DNA of 64,000 nucleotides from Lytechinus pictus (Eukaryota), in contig NC_087252.1 of assembly GCF_037042905.1 (NCBI RefSeq), forward strand, positions 27,282,001 to 27,346,000. The letters run 5' to 3'. A program made the translations under genes and the position numbers. Of this stretch, positions 42,201 through 53,766 are shown one piece after another; position 1 is the first letter of the stretch; every line of letters starts with the position of its first letter. Below the pieces are notes generated by a model, which searched no databases, was not told the origin of the DNA, and saw nothing but the letters and a program-made list of their open reading frames with translations.

Positions 42201-43411
42201 TGGTTTAAAGTCAATTTCATGTTTGATTAATCACGTTTGATTAAAGATGTCATGCCAATCTTTTTAAACCTTCATTTTCCTTTTAAATTTAAGTATCGGC
42301 CCGCAAGTTGTGGGCCGAAAATCTAAAAAAGGGAAATAGATAAATAGTGAATGAAGACGTGATTGGGTGCGTACTTTATTCAACGCAATAACGAAACTTG
42401 GACTGAGAGGTTTTCTCATGAAATCTGAAAGAAGGCCCATCTCTCTTTGTTTAATGAATGATATCGCATGAAATTCAAGCCAGTTGTATGAAAAATGCTA
42501 ATTTATGATTACATAAATTATATACAATAGGATTTAGTAATGTCACATTATACTCAGTTAAAGTGCCATTAACATGTTTGTGGGACACGATGTAGTGTAC
42601 AATGCTTGGTATGATCATGGAGCTACTCCATGTTATGATCGTCCTCTTTAAAACCGGCGGTGTAGTTTTAACATTACTGTTTTTGAAAAAAAGCACACAA
42701 ACAAATAATTCTTGTATGCTCATGATTGACAACACTCAAAATCTGAAGATCAGAAAGTGGTTGTAAACAAAGTCCTAGATCACGTTTTATAAATATTAAA
42801 AGTACAATGCACCCAAAATTCAAAAGATCTTAGCGAAACATTATATCGTCACTATTTTCATTTATCTTCTGTACATCTGTTATTTTAATCTGCTTTTATT
42901 GTGTCTAACTTATATATTAATGTTAAATGTTTTGGACCCAACGGAAGACCAGCGTGACTGTGCCAGTCACGCTGAATGTGGGCTATCCACCGTATTTTAT
43001 TGTATATAATTGTGCTTTTAATACAAAACTAAATACTACTACTACTACATATCATCATTGGTGTCTGAGCTTACAATCAGAGCAAAGAGTCCTGCAATTG
43101 TTCAGTTTTCCCTAGATTGAGAATTGCAATTAAGTAATTTCAGTATACACGGTAGAGCAAGGCATTGATATTCCAACAAGTAAAGTCCAAGAAGCAATTC
43201 GGTAGTGTGCCTGTGACAAGATAAATTTTTGATGTTTGAGTTTAATCATATCAACGATAAAGTATAGACCAAATATGATGAAAAAATTCAAATAATATTT
43301 AATCAGTTCATAATACTCATTTCGTCGATAGGAGTCCATTCAAGGTCAATAATTATGACTGGTATTAACCGGAAAGGCTCTGTCTTTTCCTTGTTGATGT
43401 AGCATGTCATG

Positions 43412-43840
43412 ATCTTTACCTCTGTCAGTTTTGCCTCTGCCATAATTACCTATGCCATTTTTACCTCTGCCATTTTTACCTCTGCCATTTTACCTCTGCC
43501 ATTTTTACCTCTGCCATTATTACCTCTGCCATGTTTACCTCTGCCATTTTACCTCTGCCATTTTTACCTCTGCCATTTTTACCTCTGCCATTTTTACCTC
43601 TGCCATTTTACCTCTGCCATTTTTACCTCTGCCATTTTACCTATGCCATTTTTACCTCTGCCATTTTTACCTCTGCCATTTTATCTCTGCCATTTTTACC
43701 TCTGCCATTTTTACCTCTGCCATTTTTACCACTGCCATTTTTGCCTCTGCCATCTTTGCCTCTGCCATTATTACCTCTGCCATTTTTACCTCTGCCATTT
43801 TTAACCTTTGTCATTATTACCTCTGCCATTTTTACCCGGC
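43412..43840 (-). repeat. Same 15-bp minisatellite in inverted orientation
   Basis: (TCTGCCATTTTTACC)n with 14/15-bp unit variants. Confidence 0.95.
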
Positions 43841-44428
43841 ACCAATTATAACAATGCCTCCAAAATGTCAAACAAAATTGCCTTCTATATTGTTATTTAC
43901 TCCTTAATAGCATTTTGAACATGGTGAATGTGGGAAAGAGGCAGTCAAGTTCCGTTTTGCAAAAATAAACTGTATAGAAATTATCGTTTTTTTTTAATTC
44001 TCAGGTGGATCCTCGCCGTATATACTTTCATTAATATTTACGCATACGTCTCTGAACAAACTTGATGGAGTGGCAAATCTTCCTATTGCATTACATAGGT
44101 TACAATAATAATGATCTTACGTATTCCATGAGGAATTAGGTTGATCTTGAGACATGTGAGATGAAAAAGAAAGAGATCTTTCACTTAACTAGAACAAATT
44201 TCAAATGAAAAAGTTCGCCTGAGGCATCGCCTGCTTAGTGTTTTTATAATTTCATAAAGTTTAAGTCAATATAATATCTTTCCATAAAAGAAATTTCCTC
44301 TGTAACTTCAGATAAAGACTCCAATTTCCGGTAACAAAGGGAACAAATAAATAAAATCGGCATATGTACTGATTATTGGGTTTCATAATTCAAAAACTTC
44401 TATGACAAATCATTACTCAATCAATTGA

Positions 44429-44813
44429 TTAAAGGTATTATTTAACTTTGTGAGCAGCCGATTAAAAAAATTCTCAAACCAAGATGAAACATGTGTACAA
44501 GTGCATGTATTAGAACTAATAAACCCTGAAAACAGCCATTATTGAGAATGAAAAGCTAAAACTACAAGGCAAACCCCGATTTTGTAAATAGGCGTCTTAT
44601 AGACGCCTAAATAGTACACATAAGTGTATGGGATGAAATTAAGATGGTGTTTTCGGTCACTTTAAATTTCAATTTTTGAAGCACTAAATAATTATTTTCG
44701 AACGCAATTTTTTCTGGGCTTCATTTTTGTAACATATCACAAACACAGGTGATAAGTGTGACCTTCTAGCTCAGATTTTTAAAAGTCAAACCAATGTTAA
44801 CCAATCACTTTAA
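44429..44813. mobile_element. TTAA-flanked non-autonomous element with imperfect TIRs
   Basis: ttaaaggtattatttaactttg vs reverse complement ttaaagtgattggttaacattgg; central palindrome aggcgtcttatagacgcct. Confidence 0.6.
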
Positions 44814-45424
44814 TAGACAAACTGCTAATTACTAAGGGCATTGATAAAAGGACGATTTAATTCAATAGAAGGAAATCAGATTATCAAGCAATTAAAAAAA
44901 CATTAAAGAAAGTGAAAATAGTTTTTGATTGAATTTAAGAGAAAGAATTGCTTAGCAATTTCTAACAATTTTTATTACATTCTCTTAGTCAATTGACAAA
45001 TAATCCATATGATAATTGATTACTACAATTTATATTAATAGAAATATTCATACTTCTATCAATTACTGAAAATAATATAGAATTGTTAATAAATCTTAAA
45101 CGAATAATGAAAACGAACTGAAAGTGCGGGGATATTATTAAAGAGCATCCATGCATAAAAAAATGATTATATCCGGAAGAATTATATTTATCTAAATTAA
45201 TGAAATCAAGGTCTTACCTGACAAGATAGCACCTGTTCTAAAACACAAGTAATTGTAATGTCCAGAAATATGACACAACTTCGTACTGACCATTAATCAT
45301 TCAGAAACTTTATATCAAAATACTTCAGATCTTTGGCTTCACCACTCCATCATTATCACGATTATGGCAAAAGATGGATTAGGCGTGAAGTTGCCTGGTA
45401 TATATTTCTCAAATTGGAGAACGG

Positions 45425-45520
45425 TATATAAGTCTTCGTAAAATTTGAATCCCTGACATTCAATGAGTGAATTGTAGCTGAGATCTTTTGGTTTTCTCCA
45501 TCGATTTGATTAGGACTCTG
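45425..45520 (+). promoter_or_regulatory. TATA box and short non-coding first exon of gene B
   Basis: TATATAAG at 45425; donor ctg|gtgagt at 45521; same layout upstream of genes C and D. Confidence 0.65.
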
Positions 45521-46000
45521 GTGAGTTTCTATACTGAATATTTATTTTATCATGTTTATCTCATAAATATTCTAGATTTTTTAACAATGTGGTAAATGTC
45601 GTGGTCTCGTGGTTCCTGCTCTCGTCTCTCAATCAGAGGGTCGTGTGTTCAAATCCTAGGCATGGTGAGTTTTCCTTCATCAAAAAACAAAATTATCCAC
45701 ACTGTGCAGCACTCAACCCAGACCAGGTGAGAAGATAGTATTTCCATGAAAGAATTTTATGATTTATTTATTAATCAGAAATTTAATAATCAATTAAAGA
45801 AACGAAAATTATACGTCAAGTGGATTTGATAGCATTTTCCAATATTTTTTAACATGTTGATGCGAAAATGATATTGCGATGTTTTTTCCTTAAAACAAAA
45901 TATTTCTGATAACTGACCATTTATATCTAGGTTGCTTTCTTTTGTTTTGTTTATTACAATCAAATGGATACGCGGTTACAGAAACCTCCAACAGTTGAAC

Positions 46001-46250
46001 ATGGCGTCTAAACTTTTCTGGACCATCACGGTGTTCGCCTTTGTCGCGGCTCTCGCCGCCGCGTTGCCACTCGACGACGAGACAGATGACGAGGAGTTCG
46101 AAATGGCGCTAAATCTCCTTGAAAAACGGACTAACGAACTCGACTTCGAAGCAGATGATGATTTCCTGAACGAGGCGGAAGACGTTGAGAAAAGGGGTAG
46201 AGGGAAGGGAAAAGGAAAGGGACAGGGACAGGGAAGAGGGCGTTTCGTGC
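46001..46250 (+). CDS. Secreted Cys-rich prepropeptide gene B, coding exon 1. Full CDS join(46001..46250,47903..48012), 119 aa
   Basis: MASKLFWTITVFAFVAALAAA leader; two acidic segments each ending EKR; GRGKGKGKGQGQGRGRFV; donor C|gtgagt at 46251; acceptor ttacag ending 45981. Confidence 0.9.
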
Positions 46251-47068
46251 GTGAGTATGCCTTTCTCAAATTTGGAGTCCGTTTCATTGACCTTGTTGTG
46301 ATGATAAACAATTATAAGCTACTGAAATTACTTGATTTAATTGGCCGATAGTAAACTTGCTTATAGAAATGTACTTTTGTCATTATTTCAAGTTTTTTTA
46401 TGAATCAGTGCCCTGGTATATTAATTTGCATAGGCTATATAATACATATCCCCTTTCAACCACCACATATCTCTCTCTCTCTCACTCTACCCCCCCCCCC
46501 CTCTCTAATCGATTGTATATTTATGTTTATGTTCTTTACACTTTATACAACATATTTTATACTTATCTGTAAATACGGGTTTTTTTCGTATGATAATGGG
46601 GTATTGTAGATGGTTGTTGTGTCTTATTTGTTTATTTAAGTAATCTACCAATATCTTGCTATTTGGATGTCGTGCGGAAGCACCATTGTTCCCTCAGGCT
46701 TTTAAACATAAATCGCGCAGAATTCGTACAGATATCTACTTTTCCTGAAGTTTGAAAACATTTTTTGAGTAATGGGAGAGGTATACCGTTGAAATATTTC
46801 ATCCGTCGGCTAGAACTTAAAACAAAAATGAATTGTCTATTTTGGACAAAATTGGTTCAGAAATGGCTAAAATTTGTTGAAATACCAAAAATCGAGTCTT
46901 GGCCGCCTGTCTTTCAAAGCCACTTAATGAAAGGACGAGATTCATTTTCCTGCTCATGCGTATTATTATTATGCGAGAAACTCTTACATATTTGTAGCAT
47001 TCCTTAGACTGTAAGTGGCAGAATGAAATTTGCTTTATTGATTTTTTTTTGCCGGAAAGACATTGGAA

Positions 47069-47324
47069 CCCCGTCTTACAAAGAGTTACGATCGATCCAA
47101 TCAATGGTAAATCTATGGAAATCCATCCGTAACATATTTTTTTCTACAGCAAATTTGCAAAATGTCCTTTGTAAACCAAATTGTCAAGATATCAATAGAT
47201 TTATGGATATGCATTTATATCTAGAAAAGTTTTTTAACAAACATGCATTTTATATGTTGACTTTGATGGCTTTCCATATTTGCGATTGATCGCATCAATC
47301 GCAACTCTTTGTAAGACGGGCCCC
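47069..47324. mobile_element. MITE, same family as 29639-29919
   Basis: cccgtcttacaaagagtt ... aactctttgtaagacggg TIRs. Confidence 0.85.
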
Positions 47325-47902
47325 GGATCTCGTGAGTGGAATGTCAGACGTTTCTCGTATAGATGTTTCACAGAATGAAAACAGTATGAGACAACCTTTG
47401 ATTGGTTGTATAATGCTTATTTGTATATACCTTTCCAGTGGAATAATGATTGAGAATTATCGAGGTGGCCAGACCTGGCGTATGGGGTAAAATGTCCTAA
47501 CAACTGCGAGCGAGCGAAACGAGTGAGCAAAAGCGTTGTCATATCGCTATACTGCATATATTTGTATATTCATTTAGATCTTTGTAATGATTACTTTTAC
47601 TGTTGAATTGACTTGAGTTGAAATGAAAATAAACCAAACTGAACCTGGAGCATTAACCTTTTTAATATACAAAAACCTCATTTTGTGATATATTTTGATC
47701 TAACATTAAGAAATTATTATCAGATGTCACCCTTTTCCTTTCCATTTATTTTCCTTTTTTTCTTTTTACCTTTTTTGGTTCATGTTGGTACAATTTTTTT
47801 ATGAGGGGGGTCCATGGCCCCGAGCCCCCCCCCCCCCCCATCATCTGTATACCAGTGTACATTCCCCCATTCTTTTTGCATTCTGTCTATCATACCTTGC
47901 AG

Positions 47903-48012
47903 GTTGCATCCACCGGGTATCCGGCCATAGCTGCATCTGTGACATGAGAAAGAATAGGAATAATCCGAAGTTCTACAGGGTCTGTGGCGGGCAAAATCTA
48001 AATCAGATATAA
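47903..48012 (+). CDS. Gene B coding exon 2: (R)CIHRVSGHSCICDMRKNRNNPKFYRVCGGQNLNQI-stop
   Basis: Acceptor ttctgtctatcataccttgcag|GT; phase-compatible; conserved 4-Cys spacing; stop TAA 48010-48012. Confidence 0.9.
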
Positions 48013-50348
48013 TCATCATTTGTAATTTTCTATATATATCTACAACGGGACGATGCCTTGAAGCCTACCCAGGAGATGCTGCACTGAGAGCCTGGGTGTC
48101 ATGGAAACAAAGTGATGAGGTTTCTTCTCATCAAATATTTCTAACAACTGAAATTCAATTTTAAGGAATGTCTGTTCAAAACTTTTTGTTTGTAATCATT
48201 AAAATGTATCTGTCGATCGCCAGTCATGAAAGAAGAAAACATTAAAGTTCAATTTCATGGAAAAGGTGACCATTTGTGTTGTATTTTGTCAAACGATTTG
48301 TGTTAAGCTGAATAAAGGGTTCGCCAGACAGAGAGGAACTGGTCTGGAATGAATGCACCCTAAATATATTGCTCAGGTTCGTATTTTGTTTCGACATTGG
48401 CCGGTATTTTGGACTCTTGGTTTGACTTAAAAAGAATTGGGTATGATTCTGGTTAACAAAATTCTGCAAAAAAAAAAAACATTCTGATTTTGAAGCTAAT
48501 TAAGAATTATTCAATATTTATCTTTAAAATTGTTTGGTGATATATTCACAAAAAATATTTAAATGAAGCTCCAGGTGATATTTGAAATTGCACAGAGAGC
48601 CCCCCCCCCCCCCCCCCCCCCACACACACCCTCGCCAAAAATAGAAGATGGAAAAGATAGGGAAGGAGGGAGGAAAGGAGACGGGAATAGAGAAAGGGGG
48701 AGGAAGAGGACGAAGAAGAAGAGAGAGAGAGAGAGTGAGTGGGAAAAAGTAAAGAAACCGATGAACATGATGAACGTGAAGATTAAAAAATATAACATTA
48801 AAGAAGGTTTTCAAGTATACTCCCTCCACTTGATATTCCATGGGTCAAACCAATACCATAGACAAAGAAAATTTTGTTACGCGCTTATAATTATGAATGG
48901 GTCTTTATTTAAAATCTAATTACGACATCGCGTTCATCAATCCTGACACGCCCTGATTGCATTATGAACAAAGTATCGAATGTCATGGGCAAGATGCTAT
49001 ACTTTATCCAGCAAAAATATAATTTCGAATTCAGCCTCCATTACCAATGTCCCGTGGCGGCATCGGGGTAATTTCATCGGGGGGGGGGGGGTAAAAGGTA
49101 ACGCCATTCTTTTACTCTAGGGCAATTCCATAAAATATGTACGTCCGACCAAGGAGTTACCAGTGCTGGTAAGTCCTTGGTCCGACCCCATATTTTTGAG
49201 ACCTTCATGAAATTTTCTGTCTCTGATTTCTGGTTCTTATAACAGTCTCTGATTTTGTCAAGTGACCATGACTTAGTCGGTTTATGAAGTGAAGTGAAAA
49301 TTGAGAAATATGGGGGTCGAACGTACAAAATTGTTGAATATTTTATGAAATGGCCCGCTATTGAATTTCATTAAGATAATTTTTTTCTTCTCCTTTTTCA
49401 GCCTTCATCCTGTTATCACCGATTACTCTTAAATTTATCAGCTTGAAAACAATAAGGGCGGCAGACCATGCCCCTTTGGAACCCCCCTCTGAATCATATT
49501 AGCCCCGTGCGGCGAACTAGTATTTTTAATACATTGCTCTTATGTCTTTGGAAATAGCTCTGCATGACAATATTTTGATAGTGCCGTCCTGGGGTACTAT
49601 CTTTTTTTTTTATAGTGGCCGCGTTACAATATTTCTTCTTATCATTTTAAGATGGGGTTGGGTCAAGAGTGGGAGCGTAAAAATCTCAATGAGGTGGTAA
49701 TTTTCACGGATTTTTACACGTCGGTTAATTAAAAGAAAAGGGGGAGATAAATCCCCCACTGCCCCCATCCAACACAGCCCCTGAAAACGCGGAATTATGT
49801 TTTCGTTCGGTATAAAATGAGAGTTTCTTATTCATTCACAAAAATTGCATCATCTTATTTATGATTTAGCCTCTCCATGTATTAGCAATCAAGCATGTAA
49901 TAACTCTGATATTAGATTTCTTGACAAGGATAGCATGACGAGCTCGCCCATGGGGAAAACCTTCGTACCGGGATGGGAGTGAGAGGGAAAGAGAGAGAGA
50001 GAAAAGGAAGAAAGTAATAAGAGTAGACAGAAGGGTATAAAGAATAAATGAGAAATTGAAGGGGAGAAAGAGGTAGAGAAGGATAGAGAGATATAAAGAG
50101 AGAAAGAGGGAGAGAGTGAATATGGGTCCTTGAGTGGAAACATAGATAAGAGAAAAGGAGAGAGGATGTGGGGGTGTGTGCGTATGTGTGTGCCGTGGCC
50201 GAGTTGTCTAAGGTGCCCTACAGCGTGAAAGTCCGGGGTAATTCGACTCCCGGCACGGCCCTTGACCAAAGCATTTCAGTATACATTTTCATATACATCT
50301 TACATCAAATGAATGAAAATGCTCTATACATTATTGAAACCAACGTGT

Positions 50349-50411
<63 letters not shown>

Positions 50412-50738
50412 GTGTGTGGGTGAGAGAGAGAGAGAGGGGGGAGAGATGAAGAGAGAAGGGCAGACAGATAGAAGAACAGACAGAGGCGAGGAGGGGGAGG
50501 GGGCAGATATTTTGCAAAATGGAACATTTTGTAGGGTAATCGGTTTTGATGTTCATAATTGTTTCGGACGCGCTAGATTGGCTTTGACGTTATAATGGAA
50601 GGAGCCCCGTCAGTAGGGATAAGTTTAGAAACCATCCGAGAATAGCTCCCAGTCACACATCATTACGTGTACATGGATGGCCCTTTGTTTGAAACGCAGT
50701 TGTAAGATGCTAAAAATAAGGTGCTGACGGATGATGAC

Positions 50739-50862
50739 TATATAAAACGGTTTGAAGATGGTGTAATGTTTTCAGTTGTTAACGATCTTAAGCGGCAGCG
50801 CCTACCAGAAAGGATTCTTTATTTTCAAACTATAAGTCACAGGAACTTTAACTAAACGAAAG
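50739..50862 (+). promoter_or_regulatory. TATA box, initiator and non-coding first exon of gene C
   Basis: TATATAAAA at 50739; TCAGTT initiator-like motif at 50772; donor aag|gtaagg at 50863. Confidence 0.65.
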
Positions 50863-51364
50863 GTAAGGACACTATATATTTAACCATCTATTTTTCACAT
50901 GATGGAATGATTTTTGGAAAGATTTTGCTAATTACGTCATAATTACAGTCACATCAACGAACCGACTCTAAATCGACCGATGTTACGTCATTCTAATTAA
51001 CATGAAAGCTCAAGGTCCCATAACACTAAGGTTAGCAACTAATCGCATTTGATTTGTAGGATTGATTTAACATTGTAGTCAATGCAATCAATCGTATATA
51101 TATAAAAAAAATGTTCGACGATGTTGCTTGTTGAATTAAGCTTTGTGTTATAATGACCCTGGTCTGTTCCGCGTGTGGCTGTAAGATAATAGAAATGAGT
51201 TCATTGCTGGGACGAGTGATCTAAAAGTAGAAAGGATTATGTTTATATTCGTTTTACACTATTATTTATCGAGATTCTTAAAAAATGGCTAAGTAACGTT
51301 GGTAACAAAGGATGCACTTGAATGGATTAGCTATATGTTCATTGGAATCATACCAAACTATGAT

Positions 51365-51564
51365 ACATCATTATTAATATTATTAATATTAGTATTATTA
51401 GTATTATTATTATTATCAGTAGGAGTAGTAGTAGTAGTAGTAGTCGATCGCTATCATCATCATCATCATCACCATCACCACCACCACAATCATCATTATT
51501 AATATTATTATTAGTAGTATTATTAGTATTATTATTATTATTATCAGTAGGAGTAGTAGTAGTG

Positions 51565-51616
<52 letters not shown>

Positions 51617-51947
51617 TAGTAGTAGCAGCAGTAGTAGAGATAGAAGTAGTAGGATGAGCAAGGGTAGTAGTAGTAGCAGGAGTAGTTGCAATTGTAGTTG
51701 TAGAAGTAGTAGTAGTAGTAGTAGTAGTAATAGAAGTAGTAGTAGTAGTAATAGTAGTAGTAGTGGTAGTAGTAGTAGTGGTAGTAGTAATAGTAGTGGT
51801 AGTAGTAGTAGCAGCAGTAGTAGAGATAGAAGTAGTAGGATGAGCAAGGGTAGTAGTAGTATAGCAGGAGTAGTTGCAATTGTAGTTGTAGAAGTAGTAG
51901 TAGTAGTAGAAGTAGTAGTAGTAATAGAAGTATAGTAGTAGTAGTAA

Positions 51948-51986
<39 letters not shown>

Positions 51987-52018
51987 TAGTAGTAGTGGTG
52001 GTGGTAGTAGTGGTAGTA

Positions 52019-52058
<40 letters not shown>

Positions 52059-52085
52059 CAGCAGCAGCAGTAGCAGCAACAGCAC
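51365..52085. repeat. Compound (TAG/TAT/CAT)n microsatellite in the putative intron 1 of gene C
   Basis: Direct observation; internal block gagatagaagtagtaggatgagcaaggg is duplicated. Confidence 0.95.
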
Positions 52086-52333
52086 TGTGATAGATGAAAC
52101 GTAATGATGGTATTGTTATTTTAAGAGACTGAGTAATTTATACGATCTTGCAGTACTGACTTAGAATATACTCACCGTAAAATGGAGCAAATTCGGTCTA
52201 GGGATGGCTGAAATATTGGATAAATAATGTTGATGTGCTTCCCCCCTCCCCCTGAAAAAAAACACATTGCGTTTTTACTGTCATCGTCATTGTCTTTCTT
52301 GTTTCATTTTGTTTTTATACTGTTTACAGGAAA

Positions 52334-52520
52334 ATGTCAATTAACACCTTCATCCTGGCCCTTTTTCTGACCGTCGTCATTCTCGGTGCGTCGTCGACGT
52401 CAGCGATCACCGACCCCGAGAGGGACGCTGACTGGGGCTGGTATAATCGCGGAATGGGAGTGAGGTTCATTGACGATCTCGCAAAGCGGGGCAACGGACT
52501 AGGCAGTGGACGATACGTTA
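52334..52520 (+). CDS. Secreted Cys-rich prepropeptide gene C, coding exon 1. Full CDS join(52334..52520,53651..53766), 100 aa
   Basis: Acceptor tgtttacag|GAAAATG; MSINTFILALFLTVVILGASSTSA leader; AKR then GNGLGSGRYV; donor A|gtaagt at 52521 (phase 1). Confidence 0.88.
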
Positions 52521-52887
52521 GTAAGTGTGGATGTCGATATGGGTCATCACGGTGGAAGGGGGGGGGGGAAGGCTAGACACGGTTGGTAGGAGAGACTGTG
52601 TAAGCAATCTATTTTTCAGTCTCGGGTGGTTGGTCGAAACAGGACGCCATCTACGATTATAATTTGGAAGGCATAGATTTCTAAGCCTAATTCAGTTTAT
52701 TCATTGGCTAAATAAGAAAAAAAAATGTCGACACTACACTACAATATGTTATCTTGGGTAGAATAACACCAAGCCATATTACTGGATCAATCTTGGTATA
52801 AGCATCATTCCGTAAAGGTATAATATTCTTCTTACACATTGTTGCTTAGATTTACCATGCGCAATTATTCGAACTGCTCAATTGTAA

Positions 52888-52926
<39 letters not shown>

Positions 52927-53650
52927 AATATATAATTTCATTCTAAAAATAAAGCAGAGATAAAGTGTAACTGTGTCATTTTAACATCTTTTGGAGGTTT
53001 GAGTGTATACCTACAAGAACTGGAAAGAAATTTTGATACGCATGAGAGGTGAATTGAACATTGGGAATTCATAGGGACACAGTTATATCACAGTCATTTT
53101 AACGAAAAAAGACTCCATGCTGACAAAAGGTATTAATTATTATGATTATGATGATGGTGATGGTGATGACGATGGTGATGATGATGATGATGATGATAAT
53201 AATGATAATAATAATAATAATAATAATAACAATAATAAGAATAATAATAGTGATGTCTAACTGAGCACAAACACCGTCCACATGGTCCAGACACGCTCAT
53301 AGCGCTAGCACAGCAACAGTTCCTTTGGGTATACATATATAAATTTATATACAACAAAAAATATGATATGTAAATTAAGTCAACAAAGAGATCGTAAATT
53401 ACTACAAGTACAGTATTGCATCACCCACTGGAATTCCCAGCTACATCCTGGTGGGGCCCGGTGCCCTCCTGCTTGCTGCTCCGTTCATCGACAATTTAAG
53501 GAGCATTATACAATTTTTCGGTTTGAAGTTTATTCTGCTGGTGTATCTTTACATACATGTAAATTAGCCTGACCAAAATCAAAACTATGAAGCTTTTTTA
53601 TTTCTTACACTTAGTCTTCTTTTTTCTTGTTATTCTTGTCTTTTTTTAAG

Positions 53651-53766
53651 GATGTATCAAGAAGGGCACTGATCAACGTTGTTTTTGTGATATGGTGAGG
53701 AGTCCGAGAGATCCGGGATATTACGTTGCCTGCTCTAAATTCTCTCTAGATCCAGAGGAAGAGTGA
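53651..53766 (+). CDS. Gene C coding exon 2: (R)CIKKGTDQRCFCDMVRSPRDPGYYVACSKFSLDPEEE-stop (not in the ORF track)
   Basis: Long polypyrimidine tract ending tttttttaag|GA; conserved C-x8-C-x-C-D-x9-YY-x2-C; TGA 53764-53766; AATAAA at 53786 and 53797. Confidence 0.88.

Noticed and set aside
50190..50275. tRNA-like sequence (gtggccgagttgtctaaggtg...ttcgactccc); similar heads at ~4675-4765 and ~40965-41050
   Set aside because: Imperfect stems and SINE-type downstream sequence; treated as SINE heads rather than tRNA genes
51348..52085. Thr-rich mucin-like minus-strand ORF
   Set aside because: Microsatellite artefact inside the putative intron of gene C
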